This document shows, piece by piece, positions 13,430 to 25,914 of a DNA stretch of 64,000 nucleotides. Each line of letters opens with the position of its first letter. The first letter of the stretch is position 1. Under the pieces are notes generated by a model, which searched no databases, was not told the DNA's origin, and worked only from the letters and a program-made list of their open reading frames with translations. The DNA is taken from positions 4,898,001 to 4,962,000 of the forward strand of contig NW_025767190.1 of NCBI RefSeq assembly GCF_003918875.1, read 5' to 3'. This DNA comes from Haliotis rubra (taxonomy: Eukaryota). Both the position numbers and the translations under genes were made by a program.

Positions 13430-16400
13430 TCCACAAGATGTAACATAACTCTAGGTCCTCGACATTCGGTTGAAGAGTTTAGAACAACAAACATTACACT
13501 CAGTCTGAGCTCACTCGATTTAGATACAGGTTCTGACTGTAATATTCATGCAAGCGCTGAAAAAGAATTAATGTTGAAAAAGATCTCATCCGCACATCAA
13601 GATACACAGTGTGATCAAATTCAATTGTGGCACAAAAATAGTATTGAATAAGTAAATCAAGGATCGAATCGGAAACGTGATTTCGTTGAAATGCTGGGCT
13701 TTCTCTACGTCAGCATGTAAGTGTAATTTGATGATGAGAAAGTAAGACAAGCAGTATGAATCCCCATGGACACTCCCATTCATTGCTCATCTGTTTCGTC
13801 ATGTATATGATTCCAAATTTCTGCTCGGATCAACAATATGAAAACACTGGGGAAACTGTGCCAATGAGAGATATTTATGTTCGGATCTCCTTCAGTAATG
13901 GTCAGCAACTAATTTTTGACATGGAACTGAGAAATGTTAGATAGCGATATTGTAAACTCCAAGTTGTTATTCAATATCTAATTTCTATACATAACGAGAT
14001 GGCAGATAAACATTGATTACACCATCCTTGTTATTGGACATAACACTGATGTCGTACTTGAGAGACTGGTTTCACCAAGAATGTAATGATACGTCATTAT
14101 GAAGCCATCCTCGATTAATCTGGGTATCACAATTTCCAAGTATTATGGTGTATATCCTGGACCCATTCACTGTTACAGTATCGTCCGACCCGTGAATTGA
14201 TCTTCAGTAACCCGTGCTTATCGTAGGAGGCAACTAACGGGATAGGGTGGTCAGGTTCGCTGACTTTGTTGACTGTTATCGTATCCCAGTTGTGTAGATC
14301 GATGTTCATGCTGTTGATCACTGGATTGTCTGGTCCATACTTGATTATTTACAGACCGCCGCCATATAGCTGGAATATTGCTGAGTGTGGCGTAAAACGT
14401 AACTCAACCACTCGCTTAGACTATCGTTCAAATGAGAAGACGCTAAAAATAGTGGTCCATTCAATTTGAATTGAACTTTCATTATTGCAACACACTGCGC
14501 TGTACCCACATAAACTAGAACTGGCAACGTCTTTCAGACTTACATGTGTTTTCTACCCCCTTGCATTAATATTCATAGACACGTGTTTTCCTGTGAACTG
14601 TCTACAATTTATTCCTGCTGGGCCTCGACCTTCAACTCTCATCCAGAGGCATTTCATTGGTTATTGATTCAAATAAATAAGAAAATTAATTGCCAAGTAA
14701 GTAACAGCTGAGACGCAGTGGTGACGTCATTACCGAAAGAAAGTTACAGACATGGTAGCAATTCTCCCATGCTATTTATCATTATTCATTTGAGATGTAA
14801 ATACCAAGGGTTATCAAAGATGATAGTAGACCTGTTTGGCTATTTGTGTGCAAAAATCGGTATTGAAATGTTCTTGCTGTCTTTGCCGAGATTAAATACG
14901 AAATTAATGAATCATAAAGGAATACCTTTCTGTCAGTATTTCAAGACATGGTACAATTTCGTTAGGTAAGAAACCAAATAGTTTTGTGTTACTCATAACA
15001 GATACATTTAACTACAAGAAGTGAAAATCTATGCGTCTTAGATCTAGGACAACAGTATTATCCGTCCCTTATAATTATTTTAGCAAAGCAACCAATGCAC
15101 GTTTTCATACGCGACAAAATAGATCGGTGGTCAAACACGGTGTCATCGTGACCCAAAGCCATGGGACGTTGGTCAATGCAGTGTAAATCAATCAATATCA
15201 TGTCTGGACCGAACTCCCTTACTTACAGCCTATCGTCAAATAAATGCGGATTTAAGTGACAAACAGCAAAGAAATCACTCATCGGACATTTTCATATCCT
15301 CGACTTTTATGTTTCAAGACGAGCACAATTAAACATTGTTCAATCTGTCTCCTGGAAGACAGATCCACTGATCTGCCATGTTGGGAAGGGGTGAGAATCG
15401 ACCATTTGATGGACGAAGTCCCCTACCCAAGAGATCTATATGATACACAGAATCAATGAACACATGTCACTTATAAGCCTCCCATTCTATGAATAGTGAC
15501 AATATTATGATACGTCCCTTTATTAACATCGCATTTCCTAGTGATGTCTCCATTTTTTTTACAAATGAGTTTCTGGCTACGCACATACATGTCTGGTACA
15601 CCGAAGCGTTATTCTGAAGCAAAGAATGCTCGGAATACTGTCTGTAGTGTTATTTACTTGTGTAGTTCCTGCCTGAACAAATGTTATTGGGTTTCGGGAC
15701 ATTGAAAAACACATTACTTCACGTTAGTTGTATTTTATTACTCCTCCAAGTCTGATTATCTGTCTGGTTTTAAGACCTGACAATACAGTCCATTGTCCCT
15801 TGGTAACACAACGATAACATTGTCTGGGAACTGAACAAACAGGGCTTTAACAATCAACTGTGTGATACAATATGCCGACTCTCTAGCTTGCAAGTATCAG
15901 CTGATCCTACTTTGTAATCCTTATATATCGTAAATGTGAGATTAATACATCATCTTCTCCATAATCTACATTGCTGTGTCTTAGTCACAGTCAGTATCAG
16001 AAGGACGTGAGAGTTTATGTGAGACCAAACACACATTAAGCACAAACCATCTGCCATGGTTTTATTAAATACAAACTTGCATTCTGTATATTACTCGTAA
16101 AACATATTTATGATATAATCGGTTTCGGGAAGATATTTCATTTGATTAAGGAACAAAGTAAGTCGCTTTTGTGTGGATAGATTCTGTAAGATTGACGCTT
16201 GTTTGATATGTAGTCACGAACGAGATGAAAAACGTTTTCATGATACTATTGTCACCAATACAACCGCAGTACATAGTGGCATCCATTCGGCGGGTCATCC
16301 TGATTATGTATTCACCAGTCCTCGTAAATTTTGATATATACGGTACACGTCTCAGACACACTTTATCATGTGATAGTGTCACGTAAGTGATATGAGACAG

Positions 16401-16990
16401 GTTACACAATCGTGCTACAAGGTCACTGAAAAGGTGTTAAAATAAAGGGTTGTTTACCTTTTCCATTATCTTAATATGATATCGTTGATGCCATTTACAG
16501 TCAACCAAAACAGACCACATCACAAAGATCTAAAGGTAAAATGTCTCAAAAATTAATGAAACTATCCAACATTAAACTCATCCTGATTTTCTGATACATC
16601 GTAGTGTCATCGGAGATGGTAACCAGGCGTATTTTGCGATCCTGACATATAAATCATTTTTTTAAATACACTCCACTGTCTCGTGGCATTTTGTTATCAA
16701 TTATATTAAAATGATGTATACAATTGGCAAACTCGTGTGAAGCTCGTGAGAAATATATCAAGTTATTAATTGTGCAGTGTGTAATGTAATGCTGCACTAC
16801 ATACACGCCATACACTGTCATATGTCATCTGAAACCCCTTTGTTCCTTCTTTCTAGTCAAGTCCCGCGCCCTTTCCACGTTCCACGTTCCACTTCCATCT
16901 CCACCGTGATGACTTGAAATGCCAGGCATATTGATTGTTTGCTAGTGCACATATGAATCTGGCATACCCAGTATGTAGCCCAAAGTAAGA
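13430..16990 (+). pseudogene. Decayed intronless ORF-B, copy 3 (most complete 5' end)
   Basis: ORF 13364-13651 continues past a stop into VNQGSNRKRDFVEMLGFLYVSM..FDDEKVRQAV; 14718-14969 is identical to 816-1067; SINE insertion at 14188-14412. Confidence 0.45.
14188..14412 (+). mobile_element. SINE-like family C copy duplicated with the array
   Basis: Identical to 286-510 including flanks. Confidence 0.85.
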
Positions 16991-18306
16991 CAAAGAGTTT
17001 ACGATTTTAACACATGCAAAGATAGCAATATCTATTACTTACAATAGATTAGTTTCTCCCCAACTTGTTTAATTTGTAATTAGGGTACAATACATATGTT
17101 TTCGGGCAAATAGTTTGATAGTATACAAATAACAGTGTTCATTTCTATATAAGTTATCATTAAGTACATGTTGTACACATAGTCAGTACGTGTAGTAGCC
17201 ATGCGTATTTATGATCAGATATTTAAAACATTTCAAATTTCACATATTCAAACTGGTTTCTTTTGTTAATCTCTGATCAAATGAACTACAAGTCTGAGCA
17301 TTAAATAAATATGAACATCAAGTAAATACAAACCTTTTTTCATATTACTGACTTTATATGTGTAATCCGTGTTATGTGAACATCAAATATATACATTTGT
17401 ATTTAAATACAATCCTTCTTAACATGCGTCATCTTTTTTAATCATTATTCATACATCATTATCGCGTTCAATACCTGTTGTACTATTTTTATCGAGTTCC
17501 CAAGTTCCCATTACCTTTGGGTGGTATAAATATACATTTGTGAGAAAATCCCCTGAGATATGATCATACGAAACCTCTCAACAGACGTACTATTCTATTC
17601 TAGGCAATAGGTTTTAATTAGGAACACGTTTTATCCCGAGCGTTAAGTTTTGATAATGAAAGTGTTTTATCTCTGGCGTTAGCTTCAGTTGTACTGAGAA
17701 TGAGGATAGGATTACATTTTTCTTGAAAACAACAATTTCTTGCAACAATTTAGCCAACTCTGGATAATGTCGCTTGAGAAGAGAAGTGTATAAAACCAGA
17801 ATGAGATTGGAAATGAAGCTAAAGAGCCGTCTATTCATATATGGCGCAGAATAAATTCTCGTTAAAGAAGGTGTTCTTAGAATGCTTTTTGTCTCCTAAT
17901 TTATATGAATTATATTCTTGACCTGTAAACACTTTATCACATTTGATCATAACAGACAACGTATATTAGTTTAAATACTGTTCCTTAGTATCGGATTACA
18001 GTTAGAACACCAACACACTTAATGATATCATTGGCTGGCTGCTGGGAATGATATTCCACCACCCTCATCCCAACAACCCACGCTTTCTTTGCCACTGTCA
18101 TGTTTGCCTACACCGACGCTTTACTTATATATGGATTATACTATTTTTCTATATATCTTTGTTTCTATATTAGTACTGATTAGTTTACTGTATATTGTGC
18201 TGACTTTTGATTATTTGTCTGTTTGACGTATCCCAAGTTCCATGTGGTTTCGAAATGCAATCGTTCTGTTTAGTTATTCATTTTTCTACTTCTCACGTGC
18301 ATTTAC

Positions 18307-21096
18307 ATGTGCATACTTTCTCAACCCTTTTGGATAAAGAAGAGTCAGCTTCTCGTGGGAGAAGTGTTACTTTAGCGAAAGCAACGTGTCAGATGAAAGG
18401 AAACCAAATGGAAGAGGCATTTCCTTCAGGAAAACACACACACGAATGTTGTAATGACAATAGTGAAGCTAAATGGAGCAACCTGGCTTTTAGATGATTT
18501 GAACAACCTATTGGTAGAGTATACCTGAACTGTAGTACTGTTTTGACCGACCAGGAGGGGTACAAGCTATACAAAAGTTGGCCAAGTCAGAGCTACTGCC
18601 TAACCCAAGTCCAGAATCAGAGATCTAAGGTTAACAGAAAAGCAGGCAACGTAATCGTTAGAAGTCCTTGAGCTATTACATGTCCGCTTTGGGGATAAAA
18701 CTAAGCACATGTCATTGGCCATATCAGAAACGCGCATGCAAAGATTCATCTTTATTGAAGTAATACTTTCTGAGATGAGGACTTTCAAAGACTACCGTTG
18801 TTATTTATTATCTCCGACTTAGAAATGGCTTATAATGAAGGCAAAGTGTACTAAAGCAGCGCATCCTGACGCATGAGTGACTGTTATGAAAACGTCAACT
18901 CGACCGTTTCCTCCTTGAGATATTCAAAGACAGTTGATTGAAGGCTAGTTTGATTGGACAGGGCATCTTTGTTGATAGTGTGCTTCGATGCTTTCAACGT
19001 CACTTTTCCAGATTTATATTCAAATGATTAATTTCAGATTTACGATAACTGGCAGAATTAAAACGTCTTAGCCTCTTGGGTACTAGTATTTAAACTCCTA
19101 TCTCTGTCAGATGAAAGAAAACAAAATGCAAACAAAATGGAAGAGGCATTTCCTTCAGCAAAACACACACGCGAATCTTGTAATGACAGTAGTGAATCAA
19201 ATAGGTTAACCTGGCTTTTAGATGATTTGAACAACCTATTGGTAGAGAATCTTTGAACTGCAGTAATGGTTTGACCGACCAAGAAGTGGTACAAGCTATA
19301 CAAAAGTGGCCTATGTCAGAGATACTGCCTAATCCAAAGGTTAACAGAAAAGCAGAGAAGGCAAGAGGATATCTCAGAGGCTCATCTACAGATGATGAGA
19401 TCTAAGGTTACCAGATAAGCATTGAAGGCAAGGGGATATCTCATAGGCTCATCTACAGATTATGAAGGTGGTTTTCGAAGGAGAGAAAACTGTCGATCCA
19501 CCTGGGAAGTAGAATATATCGACCCTACAAACACAAAGTAACAGTATATCGAACACAAAAAATTATTATATCTGTAACATCCCAGACTATTCACAAGAAG
19601 TGGTTCTAACTGTTTATTGAGCCAAATAGTGGGATATCCTGAACTTCATTGTCGGTTCTAACCAGAAGAGGAGAATGGTCCCTGAACAGACGAAAATGGC
19701 TATTCGATTTTATATTACAACCTATATGGTCATAGTGTGTGTCAAAAGTGTCCACTGCCTTGAACCTGTATGCATGAACAAGGTTTGTGAATCAGTTTCA
19801 CTAGTTGTTGTCGTAGTAACTTATAATACCAACCAGTAAAACCCATGAATATGTTAACTTTTGCCACGTTTGACATCACAAAGATGAAAGGGCGTATGAG
19901 TCGATTCAATGGGGATTTAGAATACATTTGGGGAGTCATACTTGAGGAACACAATAATGGTTCAAATATCTATCTGGCTGGTTTTACATGGACACCACAA
20001 GAACACATATTGGTATGATTTACAAATGAAGATATGCCTGTTGGTAAGGTTGTTTGCTGAATCATGTTTCAGGTGTTTTCACTGTGTGATAGTGAACCAT
20101 AGACACGTGCTTGTGATGTTGTCCAAATGAAAAAGAAGGACTCTGCTATTAGTAGAGATTTCTGATACTCTTGGAGCTGGTTGGTCTCCATTACCTACGT
20201 GACTTGATTTATGTTCCAAACAAATGGTATAAACCTGTTCCATGTTTTCTTAGCAATGCCTTTGTTGGGAATTTCGCTCTTAGACTATATCACCGAGCAG
20301 CTTATTGGAACCTGGTGTGATTAGAATACAACACTTCTAATAATATGTGGAGGTTCATCAGGGAGTTGTACAATAAATGAATCTATCGGTTCAGAAGCTA
20401 TTAAATATAACATTGTGTTGATGATACCTTTGTCGGGTCAGACGTGTTTTAAAATGAGCTTTTAGTTTAACGAGTTTCAACACTTCATGATCGAAAGTGC
20501 GGAGTCTGTAATCGTCTCACCGTCCGTGCTCTCATTTACGACCAACTCAGCAAACCACTTGTTTACAGAGATAATACTTTCAATTCCAACACGCCAGGAC
20601 TGGAGACCTTCCATGTCGTTGCTTTATAGTCTCAGTGGTGTCTATCCGTCTCGCTTTGACGGGAATTACCGATCTGCAAATGCATTTACACAGAAACTCT
20701 TGGGTACTATTCAATAGCACTCTTCGTACAGGAATAATTCCCAAATGCTGTGTTTTCGTGTTTTGAAAGTCTTACTGGTGTTTACGTGTACTTAAAGCAT
20801 GAGGTCACTAAAACAATAAAACACCATTTTGATCCATCAATAGTAAGAACCTGTCCAATCTGGAGCTTCCCTTTTTCCAATTAAACGACGCCTGTCATCA
20901 GTATATTGCATTACAGGGATCGAGTGTCGATGGCATGGAAACTTTTATTTAAGTATCATATCATGCTTCATTATCGCTTCACATCAATGTCAACCATGGC
21001 CTATGTGTGGAACATAGATCAAAGGTCATTCTCAGCTCAAGTGACTTTACAAATGTAACCTCAAGCAAATGAAAAAATAAAACACATGTTCTCTAA
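18307..21096 (+). pseudogene. Decayed intronless ORF-A, copy 3
   Basis: Near-identical to 4194-7298. Reads ..CGVCNRLTVRALIYDQLSKPLVYRDNTF where copy 1 has a stop. Confidence 0.5.
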
Positions 21097-21199
21097 CATT
21101 GATCTATTGTATTGATACGAGGACACATAACAGATAACTATTGTATCGAGAAAAGACATCTAATAAATCTATGGTATCGACAGGGCATGTAACATACAT

Positions 21200-24100
21200 C
21201 TATTGCATGTACAATTTTGACAGAATTTTGCCTTATCCTCTACTTTCGGTTGAAAGTAAAGTTTCTGAGCTCACTCGATTTAGATATAGGTTCTGACTGT
21301 AATATTCATGCAAGCGTTGAAAAAGAATTAATGTTGAAAAAGATCTCAACCGAAGGCGCATCAAGAGACACAGAGTGATCAAAATTCTATTGTGGCCAAA
21401 AATGGCATTGAGTTAGTGAATCAAGGCTCGAATCGGAAACGTGATTTCGTTGAAATGCTTGGCTTTCTCATGGACAGCATGTAATTTGAGGATGTGAAAG
21501 TAAGACAAGCAGTATGAATCCCCATGGGGGGCACTCTCATTCATTGCTCATCTGTTTCGTCATATATATGATTCCAATTTCAGCTCGGATCGACAATATG
21601 AAAACACTGGGGAAACTTACCAAGATCTACTCACGTTACAGAGATATTTATGATCTGATCTCTTTCAGTAATGGTCAGCAACTAATTTGTGACATAGAAC
21701 TGAGAAATGTTAGATAGCGATATTGTAAAACTCCAACTTGTGATTCAATATTTGATTTCTGTATATAACGAGATGGCAGATAAATATTCAGTACATCATC
21801 CTTGTTATTGGACATAACACCGTCTTTCAGACTTACATGTGTTTTCTTTCCCTTGCATTAATACTTATGGACACATATTTTCGATCTGTAGGTTTTTCCT
21901 GTAAAATGTGTCTATGCTCATTCCTGCTCGGCCTCGACTTTCAATTCTTACAAGAGGTATTTGATTGGTTATTGATTCACATGAATGGGAATATAAATTG
22001 CCGAGTAAGTAACTGCTGAGACGCAGTGGTGACGTCATTACCGAAAACAGTTACAGAAATGGTGGCAATTTCTCCCATGCTATTTATCATTATTGAATTG
22101 AGATATAAATACCAAGGGTTATCAAAGAGAATACCAGACTAGTTTGGCTATTTGTGTGCAAAATCGGTATTGAAATGTTTTTGCTGTCTTTGTCGAGATC
22201 AAATACGAAAGTAATGCATCATGAAGGACAGACTACCTTTGCGTTAGTATTTCAAGATATCGTACAATTTCTCTTTTAGAAAAACAAACCGTCTTTTAAC
22301 AGATACATTTAAGGACAAGAAGTGATAATCTATGTGTCTTAAATCTAGAGCAATAGTAAGATCTGTCCCTTATAATCACCTCAGCAAAGCAGCTTATGCA
22401 CGTTTTCATAAGCGACTAAATAGATCGGTGGTCAGACGCGGTGTCATCGTGACCCAAAGCCATGGGACGTTGGTCAATGCAGTGTAAATCAATTAATATC
22501 ATGTCTGGACCAGACTCCATTACAGGCTACCGTCAAACAATTTCGGCGTTAAATGACAAACAACAAACCAAACAGTCATTAGACGTTTTGATATTGTCAA
22601 CCTGTATGTTTCAAGACGAGCACAATTAAACATTGTTCCATCTGTCTGGCGCAAGACTGATCCAGTACTGACCTGCCATGACGGGAAGAGGTGAGAATCG
22701 ACCAGGTGATGGACGAGGACCCCCTACTCAGATCTATACTGACACATATAATCAGTGAACACATGTCACTTATAGCCTCCCAGTCGGAGAATAATGACGA
22801 TGTTATGATATGCCCCTCTATTAACATTTCCGGTCCCAGTAATGTCTCGATCTTTTTACAACCATATCTTCAAAACGAAGATTCTGGTTACACTGGTACA
22901 ATAAACCTGTATTCTGAAGCCAACAATGCTCGGAATACTGTCTGTAGTATTATTTACTTGTGTAGTTCCTGCCTGAACAAATGTTATTGGGTTTCGGGAC
23001 ATTGAAAAACACATTACTTCACGAAAGGTGTATTTTATTACTCCTCCAAGTCTGATTATCTGTCTGGTTTTAAGACCTGGCAATATAGTCCATTGTCCCT
23101 TGGTAACACAACGATAACATTGTCTGGGAACTGAACAAACAGGGCTTAAACAATCAAATGTTTGATACAATATGCCGACTCTCTAGCTTGCAAGTATCAG
23201 CTGATCCTTCTTTGTAATCCTTATATATCGTAAATGTGAGATTAATACATCATCTTCTCCATAATCTACATTGCTGTGTCTTAGTCACAGTCAGTATCAG
23301 AAGGACGTGAGAGTTTATGTGAGACCAAACACACATTAAGACCAACCATCTGCCATGGTTTTATTAAACAATAACTTGCATTCTGTATATTACTCGTAAA
23401 AACATATTTATGATATAATCGGTTTCGGGAAGATATTTCATTTGATTATGGAACAAAGTAAGTCGCTTTTGTATGGATAGATTCTGCAAGGATGACGCAT
23501 GTTTGATGTGTAGTCACGAACAGGATAAGACCTTTTCTATAATAATATTGTCACCAATAAAAACCACAGTACATAGTGGCATCCATGTTTCCAAAGTCCT
23601 CGTGGATTTTGATATATACGGTACACATCTCAGACACACTTTATCATGTGATAGTGTCACGTAAGTGATATGAGACAGGTTACACAATCGTGCTACAAGG
23701 TCACTGAAAAGGTGTTAAAATAAAGGGTTGTTTACCTTTTCCATTATCTTAATATGATATCGTTGATGCCATTTACAGTCAACCAAAACAGACCACATCA
23801 CAAAGATCTAAAGGTAAAATGTCTCAAAAATTAATGAAACTATCCAACATTAAACTCATCCTGATTTTCTGATACATCGTAGTGTCATCGGAGATGGTAA
23901 CCAGGCGTATTTTGCGATCCTGACATATAAATCATTTTTTTAAATACACTCCACTGTCTCGTGGCATTTTGTTATCAATTATATTAAAATGATGTATACA
24001 ATTGGCAAACTCGTGTGAAGCTCGTGAGAAATATATCAAGTTATTAATTGTGCAGTGTGTAATGTAATGCTGCACTACATACACGCCATACACTGTCATA

Positions 24101-24270
24101 TATCATCTGAAACCCGCGTGTTCCTTCTTTCTAGTAAAGTCCCGCGCCCTTTCCACGTTTCACGGTCCACGTTCCACTTCCATCTCCACCGTGATGACTT
24201 GAAATGCCAGGCATATTGATTGTTTGTTAGTGCACATATGAATCTGGCATACCCAGTATGCATCCCTAAG
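21200..24270 (+). pseudogene. Decayed intronless ORF-B, copy 4
   Basis: Contains open stretches 22691-23005 (104 aa) and 23473-23664 (DRFCKDDACLMCSHE..); collinear with 7420-10270. Confidence 0.45.
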
Positions 24271-25530
24271 TAAGACAAAGAGTTTACGATTTTAACACAT
24301 GCAAAGATAGCAATATTTATTACTTACAATAGATTAGTTTCTCCCCAACTTGTTTAATTTGTAATTAGGGTACAATACATATGTTTTCGGGCAAATAGTT
24401 TGATAGTATACAAATAACAGTGTTCATTTCTGTATAAGTTATCATTAAGTACATGTTGTACACAAAGTCAGTAAGTGTAGTAGCCATGCGTATTTATGAT
24501 CAGTTATTTAAAACATTTCAAATTTCACATATTCAAGCTGGTTTCTTTTGTTAATCTCTGATCAAATGAACTACAAGTCTGAGCATTAAATAAATATGAA
24601 CATCAAGTAAATACAAACCTATTTTCATATTACTGACTTTATATGTGTAATCCGTGTTGTGTGAACATCAGATATATACATTTGTATTTAAATACAATCC
24701 TTGTTAACATGCGTCATCTTTTTTAATCATTATTCATACATTATTATCGCGTTCAATACCTGTTGTACTATTTTTATCGAGTTCCCAAGTTCCCATTACC
24801 TTTGGGTGGTATAAATATACATTTGTGAGAAGATCCCCTGAGATATGATCATACGAAACCTCTCAACAGACGTACTATTCTATTCTAGGCAATAGGTTTT
24901 AATTAGGAACACGTTTTATCCCGAGCGTTAAGTTTTGATAATGAAAGTGTTTTATCTCTGGCGTTAGCTTCTGTTGTACTGAGAATGAGGATAGGATTAC
25001 ATTTTTCTTGAAAACAACAATTTCTTGCAACAATTTAGCCAACTCTATTCATAAATGGCACTGAAGCAGGAAACTTCAATGAATTCTCGTTAAAGAAGGT
25101 GTTCTTAGAATGCTTTTTGTCTCCTAATTTATATGAATTATTTTCTTGACCTGTAAACACTTGATCACATTTGATCATAATAAAAAACGTATTTTAGTTT
25201 AAATGCTGTTCCTTAGTATCGGATTACAGTTAGAACACCAACACACTTAATGATATCATTGGCTGGCTGCTGGGGATGATATTCCACCACCCTCATCCCA
25301 ACAACCCACGCTTTCTTTTCCACTGTTTGCCTACACCGACGCTTTACTTATATATGGATTATACTATTTTTCTATATATCTTTGTTTCTATATTAGTACT
25401 GATTAGTTTACTGTAAATTGTGCTGACATTTGATTATTTGTCTGTTTGACGTATCCCAAGTTTCATGTGGTTTCGAAATGCAATCGTTCTGTTTAGTTAT
25501 TCATTTTTTTTACTTCTCACGTGCATTTAC

Positions 25531-25914
25531 ATGTGCATACTTTCTCAACCCTCTTGGATAAGAAGAGTCAGTTTCTCGTGGGAGAAGTGTTACTTTAGCG
25601 AAAGCAACCTGTCAGATGAAAGGAAACCAAATGGAAGAGGCATTTCCTTCAGGAAAACACACACACGAATGTTGTAATGACAATAATGAAGCTAAATGGA
25701 GCAACCTGGCTTTTAGATGATTTTAAGAACCTATTGGTAGAGTATAAATGAACTGCAGTACTGTTTTGACCGACCAGGAGGGGTATAAGCTATACAAAGG
25801 TGGCCTAAGTCAGAGCTACTGCCTAACCCAAAGTCCAGAATCAGAGATCTAAGGTTAACAGAAATGCAGAGAAGGCAAGGGGATATCTCATAGGCTCATC
25901 TACAGATTATGAAG
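25531..25914 (+). pseudogene. ORF-A copy 4, 3'-truncated by the deletion junction at 25914/25915
   Basis: Matches 11544-11928, then jumps to sequence matching ~14143 onward. Confidence 0.45.

Noticed and set aside
20480-20900. Minus-strand reading resembling a PH domain (..YCFSDLML..LQSWRVGIESII..)
   Set aside because: It is the exact antisense of the plus frame favoured for ORF-A, has more stops, and lacks the motif parallels with ORF-B; treated as a shadow frame.
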